NCBI GenBank assembly: GCA_016713115.1
Contig: JADJPU010000001.1
Span: forward strand, 1,691,762 to 1,755,761
DNA from: Cellvibrionales bacterium
Lineage (GTDB): Bacteria > Pseudomonadota > Gammaproteobacteria > Pseudomonadales > UBA7239
Length of the DNA: 64,000 nucleotides
Reading direction: 5' to 3'
Positions 18,997-29,292 of the stretch are shown here, piece after piece. Positions within the stretch are counted from its first letter, which is position 1, and each line of letters starts with the position of its first letter. The position numbers and the translations under genes are program-made. The notes beneath the pieces are model-generated. The model searched no databases, was not told where the DNA came from, and saw only the letters and a program-made list of their open reading frames with translations.

Positions 18997-20355
18997 ATGT
19001 CGCAAGTACTCGACAAACAGCAGACCCAGCTGAAGCTGGAGCAGCTGAACGACGCGCTATCTAGCGGAACCTTTTTGCAAGTGCGACACATGCTGAACAG
19101 CTTGTCGCCCCCCAATATTGCCGCGCTGTTGGAATCCAGTTCACCAAAAAACCGCGCGGTGTTGTGGCAGTTGGTGGATGTTGATCGCCAAGCGGAAATC
19201 ATTCTCTGGTTGAACGACGAAATTCAAAGCCACTTCCTAAAAGACATCGACACCGATCGTTTGGCCGACATGATCGACGAGCTGGACGACGACGATATCG
19301 CCGATATTTTGGAAGACCTGCCAGAGACGGTGATCGAAGAAGTGCTGTCGTCGATGACGGAGCAAGATCGCCAGCGCGTTGAGCAAATTCTGTCGTATGA
19401 CGAAGACACCGCCGGCCGTTTGATGAATACCGACACCATCACCATTCATCCGCGTGTAACGCTGGATGTGGTGTTGCGTTACCTGCGCATGCACAAAGAG
19501 CTGCAGCCGACCACAGACTGCGTGTTTGTCGTCAACAGTGATGATCAATTGGTCGGCTTGCTGCCGATTGCGAAAATTTTGACCACGGATCCTGCGGTTT
19601 CGGTGCGTGAAGTGATGGTGACGCATCTGCAATCCATTTCCGCCGACATGCAGGCGAGTGAAGTGGCGCAGTTGTTTGAACGCTATGACTGGATCACCGC
19701 GCCGGTGGTGGATGCGGACGGCAAGCTGTTGGGGCGTATCACGGTTGATGATGTGATCGATGTCATCATCGACGAAGCCGATCACTCTCTGATGAGCATG
19801 GCGGGTATCGCCGAAGAAGAAGATATTTTCGCGCCGGCGCGCAAAATTGTGCATCTGCGCGCGGTTTGGCTGGGCATCAATCTCGCCACCGCTTTTTTAG
19901 CGTCGTGGGTGGTGGGCATGTTTGAAGGCACTATTCAAAAAGTCGTGGCACTGGCGGTGTTAATGCCGATTGTGGCGGGCCAAGGCGGCGTGTCCGGCAC
20001 GCAGACTTTGACGGTGGTGATACGCGGTTTGGCGCTGGGGCAGTTGTCGCGCCACAACATAGGCTGGCTGTTTTCGCGGGAGATGATCGTCGGTTTGCTC
20101 AACGGCATCATTTGGGGCGTGGTGGTCGGCGTGGTGGCTGCGTACTGGTTCTCGGATGTGAAGTTGGGGCTGATTATCGGCGCGGCGATGATTATCAACA
20201 TGGTTGTTGCCGCGCTGTCTGGCGTGCTGTTGCCGTTGATGATGAAGCGTATGAAAATTGATCCAGCCTTGGCGGGCAGTGTGGTGCTGACGACATTCAC
20301 CGACTGCATGGGCTTTTTCGCCTTTTTAGGCTTAGCTTCTTTGTTTTATCTCTAG
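18997..20355 (+). CDS. mgtE: magnesium transporter MgtE
   Basis: 452 aa with an N-domain, a CBS pair (MNTDTITI..., VVDADGKLLGRITVDDVIDVI) and a 5-TM C-terminal MgtE domain. Confidence 0.93.
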   Translation: MSQVLDKQQTQLKLEQLNDALSSGTFLQVRHMLNSLSPPNIAALLESSSPKNRAVLWQLVDVDRQAEIILWLNDEIQSHFLKDIDTDRLADMIDELDDDDIADILEDLPETVIEEVLSSMTEQDRQRVEQILSYDEDTAGRLMNTDTITIHPRVTLDVVLRYLRMHKELQPTTDCVFVVNSDDQLVGLLPIAKILTTDPAVSVREVMVTHLQSISADMQASEVAQLFERYDWITAPVVDADGKLLGRITVDDVIDVIIDEADHSLMSMAGIAEEEDIFAPARKIVHLRAVWLGINLATAFLASWVVGMFEGTIQKVVALAVLMPIVAGQGGVSGTQTLTVVIRGLALGQLSRHNIGWLFSREMIVGLLNGIIWGVVVGVVAAYWFSDVKLGLIIGAAMIINMVVAALSGVLLPLMMKRMKIDPALAGSVVLTTFTDCMGFFAFLGLASLFYL

Positions 20356-20371
20356 TGAGATTTTGTCAGTC

Positions 20372-20893
20372 ATGCGAACTCGCGGCGTATCAAAGCAAGT
20401 AGACGCTGAGCTGGATGAAAAACCCAGCAAGTCGCAGCGCAAACGCGATATGACAGCCGCGCAAGAATTGGGCGAACAGTTGCTGCAACTGCGCCCCGAT
20501 GTGCTGCAAAAAATGCCATTGGATGAACGCTTGTTGGAAACGCTGTTGCAGGCGCAAAAAATGCCGCAACACGAGGCCAAGCGCAGGCATTTGCAGTTGA
20601 TCGGCAAATTGATGCGTGTGGCCGATGTCGATGCCATTCAAAACGCTTTTTTGGAAACACAGTCGAGCAGTGTGGCGGCAACGCGCGCGCTGCACGAACT
20701 GGAACACTGGCGCAGCCGTTTGTTGAAAGAAGGTGATGCAGCAATCGGCGAGGCGTTGTTGGTATTTGTCGGCGTGGATGTGCAGCAATTGCGTCAACTG
20801 ATTCGTGATGCCAAACGAGAAATAGAGCAGGAAAAACCACCGGCAGCGGCGCGTAAATTGTTCCAGTATTTGAAGCGGTATCAAACAGCATGA
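20372..20893 (+). CDS. yjgA: ribosome-associated protein YjgA (DUF615/DarP)
   Basis: SKSQRKRDMTAAQELGEQLL...EAKRRHLQLIGKLMR...ARKLFQYLK is colinear with E. coli YjgA. ATG 20372 is preferred over the in-frame TTG at 20363. Confidence 0.85.
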   Translation: MRTRGVSKQVDAELDEKPSKSQRKRDMTAAQELGEQLLQLRPDVLQKMPLDERLLETLLQAQKMPQHEAKRRHLQLIGKLMRVADVDAIQNAFLETQSSSVAATRALHELEHWRSRLLKEGDAAIGEALLVFVGVDVQQLRQLIRDAKREIEQEKPPAAARKLFQYLKRYQTA

Positions 20894-22395
20894 AGCCCAC
20901 GCTGCAGCTCAGGCAGGGGCAATCGCTGGCGATGACGCCGCAGTTGCAGCAGGCGATCAAACTGTTGCAGTTATCAACGCTAGAGTTGCAACTGGAAATT
21001 CAGCAGACGCTGGAATCCAACCCCATGTTGGAAATGTTGGAAGAAGGCGAATCCGCTGAAGATGATTTACCCGTAATCAGCGAAGAAGACCTTGCGCGTT
21101 TGCGCGAAACCTCCAATGAAGTGATTGATTTCAGTGCGCCCGAACAAGCAACGGAATCCGTTGACGAATGGCAGGATGAATACCTGCCCGAGGAATTGCC
21201 GGTAGACAGCCAGTGGGGCGATGTCTATGAAACCAGCACGAGTCCCACAAGCGCGGCAGATGACGATTACAGCTTTGACAGTCGCAATGCGGCGACAGAA
21301 ACACTGCAAGAGCATTTGTTGTGGCAGTTGAATCTCACGCCGATGACGGATCGCGATCGCATTATTGCGCTGGCAATTGTTGATGCTGTTGCGCCCAGCG
21401 GTTTTCTTGAAATTTCTGCCGAAGATATTTATCAAGGTTTGTTAGAACAGTGGCAAGACGAAGATGTGCTGGAGTGCGATGAAGTGCTGGCGGTGTTGCA
21501 TCGCGTGCAGCAGTTTGATCCACCAGGAGTCGCCGCACACGATCTGCGCGAATGCCTGCTAATCCAGCTCAATCAACTGCACGAAGATACGCCGTGGTTG
21601 TTGGATGCCAAACTGATCGTTTCAGATTATTTGGATTTATTGGCAGCGCGTGATTACAAACAGCTGATGAAAAAATCCGAGATTCGCGAAAACACACTAA
21701 AAAAAGCGATGGAGCTGATTCGCAGCCTCAAGCCGCAGCCGGGCGCGTATATCGAAGCGGAAAAAACGGAATATGTGGTGCCGGATGTGTATGTCACCCG
21801 CAAACGCTCGCGCTGGGTGGTGGAATTAAATCCAGAAATTGCACCGCGTCTGCGCGTGAATGCCGATTACGCCGCACTGGTGCGCCGTGCCGATTCTTCG
21901 GCGGATAACGCTTTTCTGCGCGATTGCTTGCAAGAGGCGCGCTGGTTTTTGAAAAGTTTGGTCAGCCGCAATGAAACGCTAATGAAAGTGGCGACAGCGA
22001 TTGTGGAATACCAGCGCGGCTTTCTGGAGTACGGCACCGAGGCGATGAAGCCGATGGTGTTGGCAAATATTGCCGAAACTGTCGGTTTGCACGAATCCAC
22101 CATTTCGCGCGTGGTGAATCAAAAATACATGCACACACCCAGCGGTGTGTTTGAGTTGAAGTATTTTTTCTCCAGCCATGTCGGTACCGCCGGTGGCGGC
22201 GAGTGTTCTTCTACCGCCGTGCGCACCATGATCAAAAAATTGATTGAGGAAGAGAGTGCGAGCAAGCCTTTATCTGACAGCGCCATTGTCACCTTGTTGG
22301 AAAAGCAGGGCATCAATGTAGCGCGCCGCACAGTGGCCAAATACCGCGAGCAGTTGAATATCTCGCCCTCCAGCGAGCGTAAGCGCCTGACTTGA
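20890..22395 (+). CDS. rpoN: RNA polymerase sigma-54 factor
   Basis: MKPTLQLRQGQSLAMTPQLQQAIKLLQLSTLEL, and the RpoN box ARRTVAKYRE near the C-terminus. 501 aa. Confidence 0.95.
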   Translation: MKPTLQLRQGQSLAMTPQLQQAIKLLQLSTLELQLEIQQTLESNPMLEMLEEGESAEDDLPVISEEDLARLRETSNEVIDFSAPEQATESVDEWQDEYLPEELPVDSQWGDVYETSTSPTSAADDDYSFDSRNAATETLQEHLLWQLNLTPMTDRDRIIALAIVDAVAPSGFLEISAEDIYQGLLEQWQDEDVLECDEVLAVLHRVQQFDPPGVAAHDLRECLLIQLNQLHEDTPWLLDAKLIVSDYLDLLAARDYKQLMKKSEIRENTLKKAMELIRSLKPQPGAYIEAEKTEYVVPDVYVTRKRSRWVVELNPEIAPRLRVNADYAALVRRADSSADNAFLRDCLQEARWFLKSLVSRNETLMKVATAIVEYQRGFLEYGTEAMKPMVLANIAETVGLHESTISRVVNQKYMHTPSGVFELKYFFSSHVGTAGGGECSSTAVRTMIKKLIEEESASKPLSDSAIVTLLEKQGINVARRTVAKYREQLNISPSSERKRLT

Positions 22396-22404
22396 TCGGG
22401 CCTT

Positions 22405-22430
22405 ATTTAGTCAAGTTCGCTTGACTAAAT
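22405..22430. repeat. perfect 11-bp inverted repeat with a TTCG loop between rpoN and the P450 gene
   Basis: ATTTAGTCAAG-TTCG-CTTGACTAAAT. No T-tract follows on either strand. Confidence 0.9.
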
Positions 22431-22485
22431 CTCTGGGCGTTCTTACCATCCTCGTCATGTTATGTCTCGCGTCGAGGAAACCGCC

Positions 22486-23670
22486 ATGAACGCCGCTCAA
22501 AAAGATCATCTCGGTCTGTACAGCCCCTATTCGCACGATGTGCACGACGACCCGTATCCCTATTACAAATCGCTGCGCGATAACGCACCTGTGCATTACG
22601 ACAAAGACGGCGATTTCTACATTCTCAGCCGCTTTGATGATGTGCAGATGGCGATGCGCGATTTCAAGCGTTTCTCCAGCGAAGAGGGCGTGGCGTTAGA
22701 GGCGGATGCCGCCAAAGGCTACCCGATGGTGATCACCATGGTGCCGCCCAAGCACACGCGCACGCGCAAGGTCATCAGCCGTGTCCTCACGCCCGACAGC
22801 GTGGCCGCACTGGAACCCATGACGCGCGCCAAGACCATCAAATTGCTGGAGCCGTTCCGCGACACAGGCTGCATGGACACAGTCGCCAATTTCGGCGCGT
22901 ATTTGCCGATGTATGTGATCGGCACCATGCTGAAAATCCCCGAAAGCGATCACGACCAGATCCGCGTGTGGACCGACAACCTGCTGGAGCGCGAAGACGG
23001 CGTGATGGCCATGCCGCCCATCGTCGCCGAGAGCTATTTGAACATGGCGCAGTATTTTGAGGATTTTGTGAAAGAGCGCGAGCAGCACATGGAAACGGGT
23101 GATTTGCTGAGTTTAATTCTGGAGGCCAAGCGCTCAGGTGAAATCACGCACGAAGATGTGATCGGCTTTTTGATGATACTCGGCATCGCCGGCAATGAAA
23201 CCACCACCAAGTTGATCGGCAACATGACGGTGACATTGGCACGCCAAACCGCTGCGCGCGCGCAGTGCGTGGCTGACCCTTCATTGATTGCCAAAGCCGT
23301 GGAAGAAACCATGCGCATGGAAGGCTCTACGCAGTTGATCGGGCGCGTAACCACCGAGGAAGTCACCCTGCACGGCGTGACAATTCCAGCGGGCAAGCGC
23401 GTGGGCATGTTGCTGGTGTCGGCCAATCGCGACGAGCGCCACTACGAAAATCCCGAAGTGTTTGATCTCGCGCGCAATAACCGTGATCACATGGGCTTTG
23501 GCTTTGGCATTCACTCTTGTGTGGGCGCAGCCATGGCGCGCATGGAAGGCAGAGTCGCATTTGAAGAAATTCTCAAAATGATGCCGAACTACGAGGTGGA
23601 GTGGAGTGGTCTGCAGCGCATGCATTCAGCGAATGTGCGCGGCTACACCCATGTGCCGGTGACTTTCTGA
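22486..23670 (+). CDS. cytochrome P450
   Basis: FGFGIHSCVGAAMARME (heme-thiolate loop), ETMRMEG (ExxR) and AGNETT (I-helix). GAGGAA lies 7 nt before ATG 22486; the track start is 22462. Confidence 0.9.
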   Translation: MNAAQKDHLGLYSPYSHDVHDDPYPYYKSLRDNAPVHYDKDGDFYILSRFDDVQMAMRDFKRFSSEEGVALEADAAKGYPMVITMVPPKHTRTRKVISRVLTPDSVAALEPMTRAKTIKLLEPFRDTGCMDTVANFGAYLPMYVIGTMLKIPESDHDQIRVWTDNLLEREDGVMAMPPIVAESYLNMAQYFEDFVKEREQHMETGDLLSLILEAKRSGEITHEDVIGFLMILGIAGNETTTKLIGNMTVTLARQTAARAQCVADPSLIAKAVEETMRMEGSTQLIGRVTTEEVTLHGVTIPAGKRVGMLLVSANRDERHYENPEVFDLARNNRDHMGFGFGIHSCVGAAMARMEGRVAFEEILKMMPNYEVEWSGLQRMHSANVRGYTHVPVTF

Positions 23671-23680
23671 CGATTTTTCA

Positions 23681-23709
23681 TTGACCGAGGCGCAGACGCT
23701 CCCTATACT
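23681..23709 (+). promoter_or_regulatory. sigma-70-type promoter for the metY-rimP-nusA-infB operon
   Basis: TTGACC, 17 nt, TATACT, followed by a GC-rich discriminator (TCGCGTCCC). It sits about 65 nt upstream of the tRNA. Confidence 0.6.
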
Positions 23710-23773
23710 TCGCGTCCCTTGCAGCAGCAGGTTGGCTTTCTAGCCAGTGGTACTGCTGTAAAGGTTGTGTGAT

Positions 23774-23850
<77 letters not shown>

Positions 23851-23888
23851 AATCATCGAGGTGGTGATTGTTCACTGCCTGTGACGGG

Positions 23889-23908
23889 GCCCCTTTATGG
23901 GGCTTTTT
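23889..23908 (+). terminator. hairpin terminator/attenuator downstream of metY
   Basis: GCCCC-TTTAT-GGGGC-TTTTT. E. coli has an analogous partial terminator between metY and rimP. Confidence 0.6.
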
Positions 23909-24009
23909 GTTATCTGGCGTTTGCCGCTGTTGGCGGCGCTAGCAGTGATGGGCCTTGTGCCCATTTTTTTATGGTGTAACGAAATACTTTTGAAACTGTT
24001 CGGAGATTC

Positions 24010-24561
24010 ATGAGCAGAGCAGACGATCTAGAAACCTTACTGGCGCCCGTAGTTGCGGCGCAGGGTTGTGAGTTGTGGAGCCTTGAGTTCTCTATGCAAG
24101 GTCGTCGCAGTCTGTTGCGTATTTTTATTGATTCACCCGACGGTGTTTCTTTGGATGATTGCGAGCGCGTCAGTCGCCAAGTCAGCGCGGTGTTGGATGT
24201 AGAAGACCCGATTACCAGTGCGTACACACTCGAAGTGTCGTCGCCAGGCTTGGATCGTCAGTTGCATAAACCAGAACAGTTTGCGCGTTACATCGGTGCA
24301 ATGGTGGCAGTGAAATTGCGCATGCCGTATCAAGGTCGCCGCCGCTTTCAAGGCAGATTGAACGGTTTGGAAGATGGCGATTTGGTGTTGCAAGTTGAAG
24401 ACACAGAATTTTTGCTGCCGCTGGATGCCATTGATAAAGCGCAAGTGGTGCCCGTATTCGGCGCAGCAGAAGAACAAGCGGGTGATGCTGCTGTAACAGG
24501 TGCAGTGCGCGAAGGGGATGTCATGGGTGACGAACCGGCGCGCGATGCAGATCACAAATAA
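24010..24561 (+). CDS. rimP: ribosome maturation factor RimP
   Basis: LLAPVVAAQGCELWSLEF...LRIFIDSPDGVSLDDCERVSRQVSAVLDVEDPI...YTLEVSSPGLDR. It carries an acidic C-terminal extension. Confidence 0.9.
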   Translation: MSRADDLETLLAPVVAAQGCELWSLEFSMQGRRSLLRIFIDSPDGVSLDDCERVSRQVSAVLDVEDPITSAYTLEVSSPGLDRQLHKPEQFARYIGAMVAVKLRMPYQGRRRFQGRLNGLEDGDLVLQVEDTEFLLPLDAIDKAQVVPVFGAAEEQAGDAAVTGAVREGDVMGDEPARDADHK

Positions 24562-24604
24562 TCAATAGCCATAATCGGTTTAATTACAGTCTAGGAGTTT
24601 CACG

Positions 24605-26086
24605 ATGAGCAAAGAAATTCTTTTGGTAGCGGATGCTGTCTCCCACGAGCGAGGCGTAGACAAGGAAATGATTTTCCAGGCTTTGGAGCAGGCGCTCGCC
24701 TCAGCCACCAAAAAACGCTATGACGAAAATGCCGACATCGAAGTGACGATAGATCGCCACAGCGGCGAATACACCACAGTCAGACGCTGGGCGGTAATGC
24801 CAGACGATGTGCTGGCTGAACTTGGTACACAATTCACTTTAGAAGAAGCACATGAAATTAACCCGAATCTCAAAGCGGGCGATGTGCATGAAGAAGTAGT
24901 AGAAAACATCGGCTTTGGTCGCATTGCTGCGCAAACTGCCAAACAAGTTATCGTGCAAAAAGTGCGTGAAGCAGAACGCGCGCAAATGGTGGAAATGTAC
25001 CGCCATCGCATCGGCGAGTTGGTCAATGGCACGGTGAAAAAAGTCACGCGCGACAACATCATTGTCGATTTGGGTGGCAATGCTGAAGCGGTGATGCCGC
25101 GCGAACATTTGGTAGGTCGTGAATTGTTCCGCATGAACGATCGCGTGCGCGCAGTGTTGATCGAAATTCGTCAAGATCAACGCGGCCCGCAGTTGATCTT
25201 GTCGCGCAGTTGCCCAGAAATGCTGGTGGAATTATTTAAAATTGAAGTGCCGGAAATTGCCGAGCAAGTGATCGAAATTCGCGCGGCCGCGCGCGACCCT
25301 GGCTCACGCGCAAAAATTGCCGTGAAGACTAATGATGGTCGTATTGATCCCGTCGGCGCGTGCGTGGGTATGCGCGGTTCGCGTGTGCAAGCGGTGTCTG
25401 GCGAGCTCGACAACGAACGCATTGATATCGTGTTGTGGAACGACAACCCAGCACAGTTGGTGATCAGCGCCATGGCGCCTGCAGAAGTGGAATCTATCGT
25501 GATGGATGAAGACACGCGCACGATGGATGTTGCCGTGGCGGAAGAAAATCTCGCACAGGCAATTGGTCGCGGTGGTCAAAATGTGAAGCTGGCTTCGCAA
25601 CTGACCGGTTGGGCTATCAATGTGATGAGTACCGAAGAAGCAGAAGCGCGTCAACAACAAGAAGCGGGTTCAATTCTTGAACTGTTCATGGCGGCTTTGG
25701 AAGTGGATGAAGATGTCGCAGCCGTGTTGGTGGAAGAAGGCTTCACTTCTTTGGAAGAAGTGGCCTATGTGCCGCTCGACGAAATGATGAACATCGAAGG
25801 CTTCGATGAAGAAATCGCCACTGAATTGCGCAATCGCGCCAAAGATGCGCTGTTAACGCGCGCCTTGGCCTCGGAAGAAAAAGCGGGTGGTCAACCTGCG
25901 GCTGATTTGTTGGGTATGGATGGCATGGATGAAGCCTTGGCGTATAAATTGGCAGCCAAAGGTATTTGCACGATGGAAGATTTGGCAGAACAAGCTGTTG
26001 ATGATGTATTGGAAATTGCACCTGAGTTGGGTGAAGAAAAAGCTGCCAGTTTGATCATGACGGCGCGTGCGCCGTGGTTTGCTTGA
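24605..26086 (+). CDS. nusA: transcription termination/antitermination factor NusA
   Basis: [37 protein letters not shown]..., with S1, KH and C-terminal AR repeats. 493 aa. Confidence 0.96.
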   Translation: MSKEILLVADAVSHERGVDKEMIFQALEQALASATKKRYDENADIEVTIDRHSGEYTTVRRWAVMPDDVLAELGTQFTLEEAHEINPNLKAGDVHEEVVENIGFGRIAAQTAKQVIVQKVREAERAQMVEMYRHRIGELVNGTVKKVTRDNIIVDLGGNAEAVMPREHLVGRELFRMNDRVRAVLIEIRQDQRGPQLILSRSCPEMLVELFKIEVPEIAEQVIEIRAAARDPGSRAKIAVKTNDGRIDPVGACVGMRGSRVQAVSGELDNERIDIVLWNDNPAQLVISAMAPAEVESIVMDEDTRTMDVAVAEENLAQAIGRGGQNVKLASQLTGWAINVMSTEEAEARQQQEAGSILELFMAALEVDEDVAAVLVEEGFTSLEEVAYVPLDEMMNIEGFDEEIATELRNRAKDALLTRALASEEKAGGQPAADLLGMDGMDEALAYKLAAKGICTMEDLAEQAVDDVLEIAPELGEEKAASLIMTARAPWFA

Positions 26087-26137
26087 TCGCTTGAGTCGGT
26101 AGAAACGCGTCAGGTAGATCAGGTAGAGGAGTGTTGC

Positions 26138-28879
26138 ATGAGCGATGTTGTTGTAAGTCAGTTGGCAGAAAATATTGGCACGCCCGTTGAGCGTTTGCTA
26201 AAGCAAATGGAAGACGCGGGTTTGCCACAGCGCAAAGCGTCCGATTCCGTTTCGGATGAGCAAAAAGAAGTGTTGCTGAAATTTCTGCGTGAGTCGCACG
26301 GTGAAGTTGATAGCGGACCGAAAAAAATTACGCTCAAGCGCAAAACTGTTAGTACCTTGAAAACCGGTACAGGCACGGCGCGTAAAACCGTTAGCGTTGA
26401 AGTCAGAAAAAAACGCACTTATGTGAAGCGCGAAGATGCAGCGGCTGACGAAGTGGAAAGCGCAGCAGAAGTCGAGCAGGAAGTGCTGGCGCCTGTTGAA
26501 GCAGTTGTTGAGGCGCCTGTAACTACAGAAGAAGTACCACCGGTTGTTGAAGAGCCGGAAGCTCCTGCTGTGGTTGAAGAAGTGGTTGCGGAAGAAGCGC
26601 CTGTTGTAGAAGTTGTGGAAGAAGTGCCTGCGCCGGAAGTGCGCGCACCTTCAAAACTGGCGGGAAAAATCTTAGGCCGTTCGGCACTGGATGATGCAGA
26701 GCAGCGCCGTCAAGCCGCGATTCTCGCGCGCCGTGCAGCGGACGAAGTTGAAAAATTAGAATTAGCACGCAAGAAAAAACAGCTGGAGGCGGAAGCGGAG
26801 CGCCAAAAAGCACAAAAAGCAGCTGCCACACCTGCCGCTGCTGAAGCTGCGGCAGCAACGGGTGATGCGCGTCAAGATGCTGTAAAAAAACGCGCCAAGC
26901 AAGATGAAGAAGATGATAAGAACAAGAAAAAAGGTGCGGTAAAAACGCGCGAAAAAGCGGCGCGTGCCAAGCCGAATCGCAACGATGTGTTTGAAATTCT
27001 CGATGAAGAGGATGTTGAGCGTCACAGTGAAGATATGGATTTTCGTCCTTTCACGCGTGGCACGGGCAAGCACAAAGTAAAAATGAGTAATAAGCACACC
27101 TTCCAGCGCCCTACGGAGAAGCAAGTGTTGCAAGTGGCATTGCCTGAAGAAATTCCAGTGGGCGATTTGGCGCAGAAAATGAATGTCAAAGGCGTTGAAG
27201 TGGTGAAGGCGCTGATGAAGCTTGGTGTGATGGCGAATATCAGCCAAGTGGTTGATCGCGATACTGCAACACTGATCGTTGAAGAGTTTGGGCACACGGC
27301 TGTTTCAGTTTCTGAAAATGCTGTAGAAGAAGATCTGGAAGCGCTATTGGCGGGTGATGAGGGTACTGCTGCTCCGCGCGCGCCGGTTGTTACGGTTATG
27401 GGTCATGTTGACCACGGCAAAACATCGCTGCTCGATTACATCCGCAAAGCGAAAGTGGCGGCAGGTGAAGCGGGCGGTATTACGCAGCACATCGGTGCGT
27501 ATCGCGTAGAAACGGCGCGCGGCGTTATCACTTTCTTGGATACGCCAGGACACGCGGCGTTTACGGCGATGCGCTCGCGCGGTGCGCAATCAACGGATGT
27601 CGTTATTCTCGTTGTTGCCGCCGACGATGGCGTGATGCCACAAACCGTAGAGGCGATTCAGCACGCGAAAGCGGCGGGCGTTCCAATTGTGGTGGCGATC
27701 AATAAAATTGATAAGCCGGCTGCAGATCCTGAACGCGTCAAAAATGAATTGGTACAGCGCGAAGTCATCCCAGAAGAATGGGGTGGTGACACGCAATTTA
27801 TTCCTGTGTCTGCGCACACGGGTGAAGGCATCGACAGTTTGTTGGAAGCGGTGTTGTTGCAAGCGGAGATGTTAGAGCTGCGCGCACCTGCGGATATCCC
27901 AGCACAAGGTGTCGTGATCGAATCGCGTTTGGATAAAGGTCGCGGTGCGGTAGCGAGTTTGTTGGTACAGCGCGGCACACTGCGTCGTGGCGATATTGTG
28001 CTGGCAGGTTTGAACTACGGTCGCGTGCGTGCGATGTTTGATCACACTGGTCATGCGATTACCGAAGCCGGTCCATCCGTGCCGGTGGAGTTGTTAGGTT
28101 TGGATGGTGTGCCGAATGCAGGCGACAGTTTTATGGTGGTGCCTGATGAGCGCCGTGCGCGTGAAGTGGCGCAATTCCGTGAACAAAAACAACGGCAATC
28201 GCGTCACGGTCGTCAGCAATCCGTCAATTTGGAAAACATGTTCGACAACATGGGCGCGGATGAGAAAAAAGTGCTCAACATCGTGTTGAAAGCGGATGTG
28301 CGCGGTTCGTTGGAAGCGATTCAATCGGCGCTGGCTGGTTTGGGTAACAATGAAGTCGAAGTGCGTGTTGTCAGTGGTGGCGTCGGTGGTATTGCAGAAA
28401 CCGATGTGAACTTAGCCGTCACAACCAGCGCTGTCATTCTCGGTTTCAATGTGCGCGCCGAAGGTGCAGCGCGCAAACGCGCAGAGCAAGAAGGCGTAGA
28501 AATTCGCTATTACAGCATCATCTACAATTTGTTGGATGAAATGAAGTTGGCGTTGGCCGGTATGTTGGCGCCAGAAACGCGCGAAGAAATTGTCGGTATT
28601 GCGCAAGTGCGCGATGTGTTCAACTCACCGAAGTTTGGTCAGATTGCCGGCTGTATGGTGGTGGAAGGCATTGTGTATCGCAACAAACCGATTCGCGTGT
28701 TGCGCGACAACGTGGTGATTTACCAAGGTCAGTTGGAGTCTTTGCGCCGCTTCAAAGACGACGCTTCCGAAGTGCGCGCCGGCATCGAGTGCGGTATCGG
28801 CGTGAAAGATTACAACGATGTCCAAGTGGGCGATCAAATCGAGGTGTATCAAGTCACCACGATTGCGCGCACTTTGTAA
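26138..28879 (+). CDS. infB: translation initiation factor IF-2
   Basis: 913 aa. GTPase motifs [22 protein letters not shown] and NKID. The N-terminal region is a low-complexity E/V/A/P stretch. Confidence 0.97.
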   Translation: MSDVVVSQLAENIGTPVERLLKQMEDAGLPQRKASDSVSDEQKEVLLKFLRESHGEVDSGPKKITLKRKTVSTLKTGTGTARKTVSVEVRKKRTYVKREDAAADEVESAAEVEQEVLAPVEAVVEAPVTTEEVPPVVEEPEAPAVVEEVVAEEAPVVEVVEEVPAPEVRAPSKLAGKILGRSALDDAEQRRQAAILARRAADEVEKLELARKKKQLEAEAERQKAQKAAATPAAAEAAAATGDARQDAVKKRAKQDEEDDKNKKKGAVKTREKAARAKPNRNDVFEILDEEDVERHSEDMDFRPFTRGTGKHKVKMSNKHTFQRPTEKQVLQVALPEEIPVGDLAQKMNVKGVEVVKALMKLGVMANISQVVDRDTATLIVEEFGHTAVSVSENAVEEDLEALLAGDEGTAAPRAPVVTVMGHVDHGKTSLLDYIRKAKVAAGEAGGITQHIGAYRVETARGVITFLDTPGHAAFTAMRSRGAQSTDVVILVVAADDGVMPQTVEAIQHAKAAGVPIVVAINKIDKPAADPERVKNELVQREVIPEEWGGDTQFIPVSAHTGEGIDSLLEAVLLQAEMLELRAPADIPAQGVVIESRLDKGRGAVASLLVQRGTLRRGDIVLAGLNYGRVRAMFDHTGHAITEAGPSVPVELLGLDGVPNAGDSFMVVPDERRAREVAQFREQKQRQSRHGRQQSVNLENMFDNMGADEKKVLNIVLKADVRGSLEAIQSALAGLGNNEVEVRVVSGGVGGIAETDVNLAVTTSAVILGFNVRAEGAARKRAEQEGVEIRYYSIIYNLLDEMKLALAGMLAPETREEIVGIAQVRDVFNSPKFGQIAGCMVVEGIVYRNKPIRVLRDNVVIYQGQLESLRRFKDDASEVRAGIECGIGVKDYNDVQVGDQIEVYQVTTIARTL

Positions 28880-28894
28880 TTGGCGGCAGCACCG

Positions 28895-29281
28895 ATGGCG
28901 CAGGAATACAGTCGCACTCAGCGCGTGGGAGATTATCTCAAGCGCGAGTTGGCGCTGTTGATTCAGCAGGAACTGCGCGATCCGCGTGTGGGCATGGTGA
29001 ATATCAACGAAGTGGAAGTGAGTCGCGATCTGGCGCACGCGAAAGTGTTTGTGACTTTTGTGGGTGATCGCACAGACGAAATCAATACGCAGGCATTGAA
29101 AGTGTTGAATACGGCGCAAGGTTTTTTGCGCAGCCGCATTGCGTCAAACAATCACATGCGCACCACGCCGCGTATACATTTTGTGTTGGATGTCAGCGTG
29201 CAGCGCGGCGCGCATCTTTCAGCTTTGATTGATCAAGCCATCGCTGCTGACAGTCACTTGCAAGCACCCAAAGAATCTTAG
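28895..29281 (+). CDS. rbfA: ribosome-binding factor A
   Basis: MAQEYSRTQRVGDYLKRELALLIQQELRDPRVGMVNINEVEVSRDLAHAKVFV. The track start at 28880 is a TTG directly after the infB stop. Confidence 0.9.
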   Translation: MAQEYSRTQRVGDYLKRELALLIQQELRDPRVGMVNINEVEVSRDLAHAKVFVTFVGDRTDEINTQALKVLNTAQGFLRSRIASNNHMRTTPRIHFVLDVSVQRGAHLSALIDQAIAADSHLQAPKES

Positions 29282-29292
29282 GACGTATCGCA

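Noticed and set aside
19237-19854. 205-aa minus-strand ORF within mgtE, and similar antisense ORFs in infB (26762-27295), the cyclase gene (16245-16817) and the MFP gene (57350-57856)
   Set aside because: All are antisense or off-frame to confidently identified genes. Their products are His/Arg/Gln-rich and low-complexity, typical of non-coding frames.
26440-26660. Repetitive GAAGAAG/GTTG-rich stretch that looks like a tandem repeat
   Set aside because: It is in frame within infB and encodes the low-complexity E/V/A/P-rich linker typical of the IF-2 N-terminal region. It is not a non-coding repeat or a CRISPR-like array.
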